Source: the human T2T-CHM13v2.0 reference genome, Homo sapiens
Length of the DNA: 64,000 bases
Assembly: GCF_009914755.1 (NCBI RefSeq)
Contig: NC_060933.1
Direction: 5' to 3' (one strand)
The position numbers and the translations under genes are program-made. Position 1 is the first letter of the stretch. Each line of letters starts with the position of its first letter. Of the stretch, positions 1 to 24,080 are shown in pieces. The notes beneath the pieces are model-generated. The model ran no database searches, was not told where the DNA came from, and saw nothing but the letters and a program-made list of their open reading frames with translations.

Positions 1-228
1 TTAGCTCACTGCAACCTCTGCTTCCGGGTTCAAGCAATTCCCCTGCCTCGCCTCCCGAGTAGCTGGAATTACAGGTGCCCGCTACCATGCCCGGCTAATT
101 TGTATTTTTAGTAGAGACAGGGTTTCACCACGTTGGCCAGGCTGGTCTCGAACTCCTGACCTCGGGTGATCTGCCCGTCTCGGCCTCCCAAAATGCTGGG
201 ATTACAGGCCTGAGCCACCGTGTCCGGC
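1..228 (-). mobile_element. AluS (cut off by the window start)
   Basis: Reverse-complement Alu consensus. Confidence 0.95.
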
Positions 229-229
229 C

Positions 230-1260
230 CCTTGACTGTGTTTTCAAATAGTGTGTCTTCAAGCTCATGATTTCTTTATTCTGCTAAATCAATTCTGCTG
301 TTGAAAGACTCTGATTCATTCTTGTTTATCAGTTGAATTTTTCAGCTCCAGAATTTCTGCTGGATTTTAAACAATTATTTCAATCTCTTTTTAAAATTCA
401 TCTGATAGGATTCTGAATTCCTTCTCTGTATTATCTTGAATTTCATTGAGCTTCTTTAAAACAGCTATTTTGACTTTGTCTGTCTGAAAGGTCACACATG
501 TCTGTCATTCCAGGATTGGTCACTGGTGCCTCATTTAGTTTGTTTGGTGAGGTCATGTTTTCCTGTATGGTCTTGATGCTTGTGGATGTTTGTTGATGTC
601 TGGGCATTGAAGAGTTAGGTATTTATGGTAGTCTTCACAGTCTGGGCTTGTTTGTACCCATCCTTCTAGAAAAAGCTTTCCAAGTATTCAAAGGTAATTG
701 ATTGTTTTGATCTAAGTCCTTGGTCTCTATAGCCGTATCTACATTAGGGAGCACCTTAAGCCCAGTAATGCTGTGACTCTTGTAGACTTATAGCTGTATG
801 GCCTTAGTGGTCTTGGGTAATAGCCAGTATTCCCTGGATTACCAGGCACAGTCTCTTGTTCTCTTTCCTTATTTTCCCCCAAACAAATGGCATCGCTCTC
901 CATGCTGAGCTACCTGGAGTTGAGGGGAGGAGTGACACAAGCACCCCTGCAACCACCACCACTGGGACTGTGCTGGGTTAGACCTGAAACCAGCACAGTA
1001 CTGAGTCTCATCAGTACAGTAATATTGCCTGGCTACCACTGATGTTTATTCAAGGCCCAAGGGCTCTTTATTCAGCGGGTTGTGAATCTAGCCAGGCTTG
1101 TGTTTTTCCCTTCAGGGTGGAGGGTTCCCTTTTGGCCTAGGATGGGTCTAGAAATGCTGTCCAGAAGCTAGGGCCTCTAGCCTCTGGAGTTGGGAACTTT
1201 AGGAATCTACTTGGTGCTTTATTTTACTGTGGATGAGCTCATACCCAAGTTGCAAGACAA
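230..1260 (-). mobile_element. L1 (L1M1/L1MA-like) 5'UTR-ORF1 fragment
   Basis: Antisense L1 ORF1 and 5'UTR-like sequence (ttcagctccagaatttctg, ttctgaattccttctctg). Confidence 0.7.
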
Positions 1261-1469
1261 AGCAGGGTTTTTCTATTTTGTAACATAGGTTGGCATTACA
1301 TTCTTTTTGAAGGGTGAATAATACTCCATTGTAGGTTTATATCACATTTTTAAAAATCCATTCATCTCTTGATGGTTACTTGGGTTGTTTTCACCTTTTG
1401 GCTATTGTGAATAGTGCTTCTGTGACCAGTGATGAACATATTTGTCTATTGGTCATTTGGGTATCTTTG

Positions 1470-6675
<5,206 letters not shown>

Positions 6676-6943
6676 CCAGTTTAATTATCCTTAATAGAAT
6701 ATGAGAAGATTATAGTTGTATTACAGATGAATTGATGCTGTTAACTTGTACTTTTGCTTTTACCAACTGACAAGATGATAAAAGCAGGCTTCTTCTCAGA
6801 ATGGCAATTTGATTATAAATCTAGCTGGGAAGTGTGCTAGTTGATGATTGTTAACTCAAGGATATATTAATTTTTGTCAGGATAAAGTATTTTATTTTAT
6901 TGATATCTTTCCCCTCCCTCTTCTAGAAAATACAGTAGCAGCC

Positions 6944-7248
6944 ATGATAGAAGACAAAGGACCAAGAGTGACAGACTACTTTGTCGTAGCTGGTCTCACT
7001 GACACATCTACTCTTTTGGATCAAGAAATAAATCGTTTAGATACTAAGTCAACTGGACCTAAAGCTCCAATTACAGACATTGCCATTATTATCAAATCAG
7101 CTGGAGAAACAGTACCTGAAGGTTACACCTGTGTAGAAGCCACTCCATCAGCTCTCCAAGCAAACTTGAACTATGGAAGTCTGAAAAGCCCAGAACTTTT
7201 CCTCTGTTATAAGAGAGGGAGAGATAAACCACCGCTTACAGATATTGG
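6944..7248 (+). CDS. DENND4C: DENND4C E2, first coding exon (exon starts at 6927, ATG at 6944); N-terminus and start of MABP domain
   Basis: Acceptor ttctag| at 6926; Kozak GCCATGA; [18 protein letters not shown]...KPPLTDIG; donor GG|gtatgg; 305 coding nt, ends phase 2. Confidence 0.95.
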
Positions 7249-7999
7249 GTATGGTGACTTCTTTTCTTTGCTATAGTGAAGGAGTAAAATTTATTTAAGG
7301 GCCATGGAAGTAGGAATTTGAAATCCTTGATAGTTTTATTATTACTGATAGTTTATTATTATTGATAGTTTTATGGTTACTTCAGGATTCATTATAGTAA
7401 TATATTACATGCCAGTATCCACCCTTACTGAATTTCTTTGCATTGCCTTGAATTGTTAGATCATTTGCTTTCAAAAGAATATTGAAATGAAGACATTTGA
7501 CCCTAAAGTGTCATTTTGTTTCTGTTGTACTTATCAAATAAGATTATTAATTAAACACAATAGAATGAGAAGCTATAATAAAGACACTATCATTTTAAGG
7601 AGTTGCTTGGGTTATGTAATGAGTTTTTGTGAAGACCTGTACTTGTTTAACTAAAGAGCAGTCCTATTTTAAATACAGTTGTAACGTGTGGCTTTCAATG
7701 CTGGGAGGAGGGTGTTTACAGATAAGTGCTACAGTTTTCATGAAGTATCTAGTATCTAGTCTACCAGTGAAGGACATTCTTTTTTGTAAATGCCTACAAA
7801 GGTCCACCCTTTCCCCAAATGGCTACCTTGACTCTTCTGTAAAAAGGATGTGCTTTTAGAATACCTATAACACTTTACCATATATACATGTGATGTATTG
7901 GGGTGTTTTGTTTATTATCATTACCATTACTAAAATATAGATATTTGGGAACATCCTGGCAAGTATTTTAGGATCAGCTTATCTATTTATACAAAATGT

Positions 8000-8760
8000 G
8001 TAGTAGGAATTTTGATAGAGATTACATTAACTTTAGATTAATCTGCAGAGTATTGTCATCTTTACAATATTAAACGATTCAGCTTGTGAACGTGGAATGT
8101 TTTCCATTGGTTTAGGTCTTCTTTAATTTCTTTCAGCAACATTGTGTATTTTTTAAATCTGATTAATTTTATTTCTAGGTATTTTATTCTTTTGGATTCT
8201 ATTATAAATAGTGTTGTTTTCTTAATTTTTGGATTGTTTGTTGCTGGTGTATAGAAATAGCTGATTTTTGTGTGCTAATCTTGCACTCTGCAACTTTGCC
8301 GAATTTATTAGTTCTAATAACTTGTGGGTTCTTCGGGATTTTTTTAAATATATAGGATCATGTCATCTGCAAATAGAAATAGTTTTACTCCTTCCTTTGC
8401 AGTTTGGATGCTTTGTGTGTGTGTGTGTGTGTGTAATTACTCTGGCTAGAACTTTTAGTATGTTGAATAGCAGTGGTGAAAGCAGGCATCTTGTCTCATT
8501 CCTGATTTTAGGTGGAAAGCTTTCAGTCTTTTACTATTGAGTATGATGTTAACTGTAAATATTCCTTAAATACCATTTATCATGTTGAGGAAATGTTCTT
8601 CTATTCCTAGTTTTCTGAGAGATTTTATCAGGAAAGTGTGTTAAATTTTGTCAGATGCCTTTTGTCAATTGAGATGATCATGTATTTTTTCTTCCTTTGT
8701 TCTCTTAGTGTCATGTATTACATTGATTTTCTTTTGTTGAATCTTTCTTTTAATATAACT
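8000..8760 (-). mobile_element. L1M ORF2 fragment with internal (TG)n at about 8415-8434
   Basis: Antisense ORF2 motifs (atcatgtcatctgcaaatag, gcaggcatcttgtctcattcctga). Confidence 0.85.
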
Positions 8761-8777
8761 ATGATACCATACCTTAA

Positions 8778-9196
<419 letters not shown>

Positions 9197-9321
9197 CTGA
9201 TTGTTCTCTTTATAGTTGTTCAGGTATTAAGGGGTAGCCATTTGACCACCACTTGTTACGCTCATCACCCACTCTTGTTGCATTAGAGCTCTGGCGAAAT
9301 TGTTATAAAGATCCTCATACT

Positions 9322-9369
9322 CCATGGAAGTCGGAATCCACGAAGGAGTGTGTAACAACTCAGGCTGAA
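9322..9369 (+). pseudogene. 28S (LSU) rRNA fragment retrocopy
   Basis: ccatggaagtcggaatccacgaaggagtgtgtaacaactca closely matches the conserved 28S segment CCATGGAAGTCGGAATCCGCTAAGGAGTGTGTAACAACTCA (recalled). An A-rich tail and imperfect TSDs flank it. Confidence 0.85.
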
Positions 9370-9689
9370 AAAGAGAAAAAAGTTTAAAAAGTCCTCATTT
9401 TCAAATTTTTAAAACCAAAGGATGATTTGTCTTTATCTTACTTGACCTTTATGCAGCATTCGTTTAACTCCTTTAGTATTGTCCATCCTATTTAGCTACT
9501 GTAGTTTTCCTTCAAGTCAGTATAGTTAGGATGGTGATCTTTCAGCTTTATAGGGTCATTGAGCATATGAGCCAGGTTAGAAAGACAGGGTTCAGAAATG
9601 ACTGGGAATTGGATTAATAAAGGCCCCCTCCACTCTGCCCCCCCAGAAGCTTGACTTTAAGGGAAGGGGAAGATAGTTAAGGGCCTAAC

Positions 9690-10645
<956 letters not shown>

Positions 10646-10812
10646 AATGGTTTAAAATACCTAGAGGGTGAAGATATATGAATTCAAGGGTTGTTTTTTA
10701 ACCTTCCTCTCAGGGAATAACCTAGAACATTTTCATATTGAAGGAAGAAATCAGTGGAGAAGGAAGGGTAGGAAATATAGGAAAAAGATATTTTATAGAA
10801 TAAAATTATTGA

Positions 10813-11808
<996 letters not shown>

Positions 11809-12429
11809 GTCGTCTTTTAGAGTCCATCTTTTGACAAGCCCACCTGCCACCCCTCCCATACAGTCATGACTGAAAGATGTGAATCTCTGCAAAATTGTTG
11901 TTGCTTGTGATACAACTTAAAAATAAAATGATGACTTACGTAATTATATGTAGGTGCTTTCAGATTGCAAGTGGCTTTTTCATACACATCTTGCAGTTCC
12001 TAAGGCTTCTAATTTTTGTTATGGTAGTTTATTGATACAGATTTGCTAGAGTGTATGGTTGTCCTTAAGCTAATCATGATGGTTAATATTTCTCTCCAGA
12101 TCAAATAATTGTTAATGTCTGGTGACTTAAATGTTTTGGCCTGTTCTCCTCACTTTCCCCCCACTCTTTCCTCACTCTAGTGTGAAGGGGTTTGGAAAAC
12201 CTATTAGCTTCTGTATTTATAGTAGGAAAGCCTATTAGCTACTGGAAATACAGACACCCATCTCATTAAGTTTAATATGAAACACTGTTGCTAAACTTTT
12301 GTCTTTTTTACTGTTTTATAAACTGAGATGAGGTATTTATAAAAATAGTACTTTTCTCTAGAAAAGATGTTAAGTTAAAATATGTAAAATCTGATATTCC
12401 CATAGAAATACCGTATATACTATAAAGTA

Positions 12430-14313
<1,884 letters not shown>

Positions 14314-14366
14314 TATAGTATAATTTAAACAGGGCAGTATGTTATCTTATATATCAGATGCATTTC

Positions 14367-14660
14367 TTTTTTCTTTCTTTTTTTTTTTTTTTTTTGAGAC
14401 AGAGTTTCGTTCTTGTTGCTCAGGCCAGAGTGCAATGACCCGATCTTGGCTCACTGCAACTCCGCGCCCCCTCACCCCCACCCCCGCCAGTAGCTGGGAC
14501 TACAGGCACCTGCCACCATGCCAGGCTAATTTTTTATTTTTAGTAGAGACGGTGTTTTTCCATGTTGGTCAGGCTGGTTGCGAACTCCCAACCTCAGGTG
14601 ATCCGCCCACTTCTGTCTCCCAAAGTGCTGGGATTATAGGCGTGAGCCACTGCGCCCGCC
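14367..14660 (-). mobile_element. AluS with internal C-rich replacement
   Basis: TSD cagatgcatttctt on both sides. Confidence 0.9.
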
Positions 14661-14949
14661 CAGATGCATTTCTTGAGACACAGAATCATAGACCATACGA
14701 AGTTCTTATTTTCTTCCCTTTGTCAGATTCATTGGCTTTCAACTGATTTGTTTCTCCAGTTCTTTTGTTTTTTGAGAAATTTCAAACATGTGAAAAGTTG
14801 ATAAACTATTATAATACACAAGTATCCTTTTCTCCTAGATGATAGACTGTAGAATAATGAACAATATACTTGTCACCTACAAATTGACATTTTTTTTCAT
14901 TTGTTTGCTAAGCTAATTGAAAGGAAGTGGGAGCCAGTGTGCCTAGCCT

Positions 14950-17120
14950 ATTTCTTTCTCTTAAACAAAATGTAGATACTCTATACCCTATTTTGTACTT
15001 TGCCTTTTTCACCTAAGAGTATATACTGGCAATCACTCTGTATCTGAATATAAGATCTTCCTCATTTTTTGTGTGTGACTGTATAATACTTATTTGTGTG
15101 GATGTATTTACTTTATTCAATGAAACCTCTACTGATGGACATTTGGATTGTTCTCAGTTTTGTGCTATTAAAAGAATGCTTTGATGAATAACTGTGCATT
15201 TATTGTTATGTATTTGTGGAGGTGTGTTTTCAGGTAGATCCTAGAAAAAATTGCTGGATTAAAAGATAAATGTGTAAATAATTTTGTTAAATGTTACTAA
15301 ATTTTTCTCTATAGTGTTTGTGCCATTTTATATTCTGCCATATATGTGTTTTTTTAATCCACATCCCATCAACAAAGTATGTGGTCTGACATATTTTTTG
15401 TCAATCTCACAGAGATTAATGGTGTATCAGAGTAATTTCATTGAGGTTAATCATTGCTCCATAAGTTTAAGGGGCGATTTTCTTTATTCTTTTGCTTATA
15501 CTATAAACAGATTTTTAATCTTTACCTTGATTTTTTTAAAGGAAATTTTTTATGTGTTAGGAAGATGAGCTTTTTGTGAAATAAGTTGCCAAGTATTTTC
15601 TTCAGTCAACTTGTCTTTTATCTTGGCTTATGGTGTTCGTTGTCATGTAACGTTTATTTTATGTAGTTTATTTTTCTACTCCCATATTTTATTGGTACTG
15701 GATTTTGAGTCATAGTCTTTTCCCACTGCTAGATATACTTTTAGCACTAGTATGATTTAATTCCTTATGTTTAGATCTGTGATCCACCGGGGGATCCCCT
15801 TCTGGTGTGTAGTGTGAAGTATAGACAGAATTTTATTTTTTTCCAAATAATATTTTTTTCCAAATAACAATCCAGTTATCTAAGTCCTGCTTATTACATT
15901 TAAAAATCCATTCTTCCCTTAGTATATTGAGAAATTACCTTCATGATAGACTAGATTTTTCTTCTGTTTCATTGTCTTTCTGTTCACTTCCTTGCTAATA
16001 CTCTCCTGATTTAAATAAAGAGGCTTTATAGTACATTTTAATATTAGTTGGGTTTTAACAGCTTTATGGAGATACAATTCACATGTCATACAGTTCACTT
16101 ACTTAAAGTGTACAATTCAATGGTTTTTAGTATTGTTTACAGTGTTGTGCAGCTACCACCACAATTAATTTTAGAACATTTTCATCAGCCTAAAAAGAAA
16201 CCCCATACCCATTAGCAGTTGCTATTTAGTATTCTTTCCCACCTTCTACCCCTAGGTAACTATTAATCTACTTTCTGTCTGTATGGATTTGCCTATTCTG
16301 GACATTTCTTAAAAACTGAATCACTGTATGTGGTCTTTGTGACTTTTTTTTTTTTTTTCACTTAACATGTTTAGCTGCTTGTGCTTTTGGTGTCATATCT
16401 AAGAAGGCTTTGTCTAACCTAAGGTCACAAAGATTTATTTCTGTTTTTCAAAGAGTGCTATAGTTCTTACATTGATTTTGATCCATTTTTAGTTTTTTGA
16501 TGAGTAGTATAAGGAAGGGGTCCAGCTTCATGCTTTTGCAGGTGGATATCCAGTTATTCCAACACTACATATTGAAAAGACTATTCCTTCCTGATTGCAT
16601 TGTCTTGGCACTCTTGTTGAAATCAATTGACTGCAAATATAAGGGCTTAATTTTGGACACTCCATTTTATTCTGTTGATCTATATGTTTATTCTTATGCC
16701 AATACATTGCACTGATTACTGTAGATGTGTGGTAGTTTTGAAGTAGGGAAGTGTGAGTCCTCCAACTTTCTTCTTTTTCCAGATTGCTTTGACAAGAAAA
16801 AACAAAAGCAGCTGGGGTTTAAATAGGAATTGCATTGAATTTATTGATCTATTTGAGGGTATTGCCAAAGGCAGCTGGAATTTAGATAGGAATTGCATTG
16901 ACTTTATTAATCTATTTGGGGGTATTGCCATCTTATCAATTTTCATTAATTCATTTTTCAGTTTTCATTAATCAAATTGAAGATTGAATTAATCAGATTA
17001 ATTCAATTTTCATTAATCTATTTGAGGGTATTGCCATCATTGTCTTTTTGTCCATAAGCATGAGATGTCTTATTTATTCAGCTCTTTAATTTCTTTAAAT
17101 AACGTTTTATAGTTTTCAGA
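14950..17120 (-). mobile_element. Old L1ME/L1MB fragments (3'UTR and ORF2)
   Basis: Antisense L1 motifs (gatggacatttggattg, aaagtgtacaattcaatgg, gtggatatccagtt, gtgagtcctccaactt). Confidence 0.8.
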
Positions 17121-17535
17121 GGATTTTTAAAGCTAAAAAATTGACAAATTATGAAGCGAATTTTTATGAAAACATCTGAATACTTGGTGAAACTTCTAGG
17201 AATTGACCTGAAGATGTTTGTGGTGTTGCCCCTTTCTTTTTTCATATGTTTCTTATAATAAGCAATACAAAATCAAGTTGTTCAATCCTGTTTACACTTC
17301 TTAAATTATGTTTTGGCTTTTGAAAAATAGTTTAGAGACTTGTAGTTCCCAAAGGAATAATTTTAATTTTGGTTTCTAGTGAAGATTTGGGAAACAATAG
17401 GAGAGACCAAAAAAATTTTCTTTGATTTCAAGAAGAAAACCAGCATTAACCTGAAATGCATGTACTATATATATGTACATATGTATGTGTGTATGTATAT
17501 ATCTATATCTATTTCTTCCCCTTCCTGCCATGCAG

Positions 17536-17788
17536 AGTTCTATATGAAGGGAAAGAACGGCTTATTCCAGGATGTGAAGTGATCCTAGCCACACCCTATG
17601 GTCGCTGTGCCAATGTCAACAATAGTTCAACTACTTCACAAAGAATCTTTATCACTTATCGAAGGGCTCCTCCAGTTCGACCCCAGAATTCCTTGGCTGT
17701 AACTGATATCTGTGTTATTGTAACCAGTAAAGGAGAAACTCCTCCTCATACCTTCTGCAAAGTTGACAAAAACTTAAATTGTGGAATG
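17536..17788 (+). CDS. DENND4C: DENND4C E3 (MABP domain)
   Basis: tgcag|A GTT CTA; [15 protein letters not shown]...KNLNCGM; ATG|gtaaga; 253 nt. Confidence 0.96.
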
Positions 17789-18112
17789 GTAAGAATAAAG
17801 TTTTCATCTTCAAAGTTTCATATGAAACCAAAAAGGGATACGTTTTGGATTCCTGTTTACTGTTGGGTATATACTCACATTTTATATTTTCATGATGCTT
17901 GTTTTTATTTTTCCTAATTTTTATGATTTGTAATAATTTTTAAAGTCCTATCCCATGATTTATAATAATTTCATCTTTAAGTCAGGGATATTTTTGAGGG
18001 AGTAAATCCTAATATTGTCTGTGTTACATTAACAAAGGTTTTATTCACTTTTGGATTTCAGTGGTGTCTTCAGGGACAACTGTGGGGTTAGAGTGGGTAG
18101 AAGCTCTCCTTA

Positions 18113-18800
<688 letters not shown>

Positions 18801-19285
18801 CCATGCATACTTACTCTTTAAAAGGACTGTAGTGAAGAAGAAAATGAACATAAATGTTTGATTCATAGTTTTTAAAGACTACAGCTTACTTTTGGTTCAG
18901 ATTTACTTTGAAAAATATCTTCAGGTCAAACTAATATTAGCTTAATGTTGTATAGGCGGAGATGACAAATGCACCCAGAACAATTAGTGAAGACAGGGTT
19001 GCCTCTGGAGGTGATGACCTCATAGTCCTCCAGTGACCCAAGTCTTCCCCAATTTGGGCTCCAGTGCACACTCCGTTTTGTGCTGTGTCTTACAAGAAGG
19101 GGCAATCTCTGAGTGATTGTGAAATTCTAAATCTTTTGAAATGGCCTTCATATCAGTTTGATTTTTGTAGCATTGTTTTCTTACTCTCTTATTTTAGTGT
19201 TCTGAACTTCATGCTTTGCTGTATTTTATACTGCATAGTTCATTATATAAACGTTTTAAATAGACTCTTCTGAGTAAATAAATGA

Positions 19286-19438
<153 letters not shown>

Positions 19439-20274
19439 TGAGTTAAAAAAAATTGTCTCAATTGCTATAGTTATTGGTGCATATTAACATTTGGCTAAAA
19501 GAGATAAAGTATGCTCCCTTACATAGTTTGTAGAATTGATCTATTCATAAAATTATCTATAATTTTAGCATATAAAGATATGTGTTTTCTTAAATACATA
19601 TACAAGATATATTAATACCCCCACCAAACATGCTGTTAATTTAATTTAAACATTTATCTAAAGCAAACATATGTGGAATAAACATTCAAGCTTTTGGTCT
19701 ACGTTAATAGACTTAACAGTATAATGGAAAGTTGCTGACTCTCTGACCTTTTATATTTTGGCAATCAGAAAGGTGTCAAACTGCGTCTTTACTTCTTATA
19801 TTTCCTTCTCTTATCTCTTTGTGTCTGATTTGAAACCACATGTTACTTGCCATGAAAGGTGGACTTGCTTCCTTTCTCCTTTGTTGCAAAGAATCAGCTA
19901 TATGGAGGAGAGGAGGGCCTGAGAAACTTTTCTGCCATGAAGTGTTTGAGAAATCTATCGCCACATTCTTACTGCACATTAAAGTGTCAAGGGCTGTAAA
20001 GATTTAAGTGTCACGTCTTCATTCCACTGGTATGGTGGGATAAAAACTGAAAATACAGGTATGCTCCAGTTGTAAATAGAAAAGATACTGGAATACTTCT
20101 TTGTGAAAAGAAGCAGTGCTAATTACTATTTGATTATGCACAGTTCTTGAAATAAAGTTTTACTTCAGGGAAGTCAGGCAAATTCATATCCAAAAAATCG
20201 TGATTTTCATAAAAACATTCATACTAATGAACCAAACCATTTAATTTATAATATAAAAATAATGGCAACGACTA

Positions 20275-20704
<430 letters not shown>

Positions 20705-21471
20705 TTAAAAAACTTATAGAAAGAAACTGTACCAAAGTATTCAGTTATTTGATATGAGACACTTATTTTAGAATAGAGAGTTTTAGATACTGAATTTGGG
20801 CTCAAAATTCTACTACTGATTTTGAAGTTTTTCACTTAGAGATGGTCTATATATTGATGACCTTAGAGGCTAATGAACAGATGCCATGTAGCTAATTTAT
20901 TCTGTGGGTCTTCATTGTGGTTCTCAAAGTGTCACTTGCTCCTACTTTCTGGGTCTCACATACTCTGTACTTAGTCACAGTGTTTCTGTCTCATTTACTT
21001 TTCATGTTGCATGCCTTTTACACTGCTTCCCTCTTAAGATGAGTTTAGGGGCTGTGATAATTTCTGTTGCCTCAGCATTATTTCATAACACTTGTCTCTT
21101 CCCTGAATTTTTCACAGAAGACTAACTGAAATAGTTGGTAAATTTTTCTGTATGTTTCTTACCATTTTCCACAAGGTGTTGGCATGTGTAGAAGAAAATA
21201 CATTAAGATTGGTGATCAAGATTGGTTGAATGGAATCTCAACTAGTATATTAATACATTTTAAATGTTACAATGAACTGTAAATTCATGGGTAAAATATC
21301 AGGGGTAAACTTATTTTAGTTTCTGTTATAGCAAGGGGGAAATCAATTTTAAAATACCACACAAGTATTGCCATGAAATTCGGCATTAAAATATTCCATT
21401 AATACCTATCATATGCAATTTATGGAAAAGTAACTATTTAAAAAATTTATTGTTGTCTCATTCTTCAAAAG

Positions 21472-21644
21472 GTTTAATTTTTAGATATCCAGAAGAGGAC
21501 TATGAGTCATTTCCACTCTCAGAATCAGATGTACCTCTTTTCTGCCTTCCTATGGGAGCTACTATTGAGTGCTGGGATCCTGAAACCAAATATCCACTTC
21601 CAGTTTTTTCAACTTTTGTCTTGACAGGTTCTTCAGCCAAAAAG
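21472..21644 (+). CDS. DENND4C: DENND4C E5 (uDENN)
   Basis: caaaag|GT TTA; [16 protein letters not shown]...GSSAKK; AAG|gtatgt; 173 nt. Confidence 0.94.
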
Positions 21645-21779
21645 GTATGTTTTTGTCTCATTGATTAAACACATTTTGTCCATGTTTTTATTTCATAAAA
21701 AGGTTAATACAAGTTTTATTTGAATGTTAGGATTATTTGGACATGATACATTTTGGTTTAAATTTACACTGTCATCCCC

Positions 21780-23175
<1,396 letters not shown>

Positions 23176-23305
23176 GTCTTATGTAAAACATATATTGTAT
23201 ATAACAGTAATAATGACATAAACTGATTTATAAAGAAGAGAAGGCAAAAATAAACAATATTCAGTATAAAAAGCTGATAGCAGTAGAAATTTCAAAATTG
23301 AAAAC

Positions 23306-23629
<324 letters not shown>

Positions 23630-24080
23630 TAAGGAAATTTAATAGGCGATTTTATTGAAAAAATATATAATCTGAACTGACTCATGCAGATGAAACAAAA
23701 TACATCTGTGACCTCATTCTACAGGTACAGGCTACACCTTTATAACTACTGTGATAAAGATAATATATGTAAAGTATCCAGCATAGTGCCTGGAACATAG
23801 AAAATACTGAGTGAAGGTCAATATTATATTAACTTGATTGCCCACTACTAACTTGTTAGCTTAATAATCATTTACAATTTCTCCTGCTGAAAGTAGTAAA
23901 TATAACTGAAAATTTTAAGATCTTCAAACATTAGTTACCTAATATGCTTTGGCAGTAGAGAACAATAAAGTCTCATTTGAGATGTGGGTACTAGGTGATC
24001 TGCTTGGCTTTTTCATTGTTTAGGGGATATCAACATGTAAGCATTGAGGTGTGTAAAATTTAGGTATTTGTCATTGCTTG

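Noticed and set aside
6848-6943. TTG-initiated N-terminal extension of DENND4C
   Set aside because: Most of it lies upstream of the 6926 splice acceptor, in the pyrimidine tract, so it is intronic
17794-17799. Intronic poly(A) signal right after the E3 donor giving an MABP-only isoform
   Set aside because: AATAAA is common in AT-rich introns. This one is 5 nt into the intron next to a strong U1 site and precedes the read-through stop at 17917.
19011-19112. Novel box C/D snoRNA (GTGATGA...CTGA)
   Set aside because: No terminal stem, no clear C'/D' pair and no recognisable guide; such short motifs occur by chance. Kept only as part of an unexplained island.
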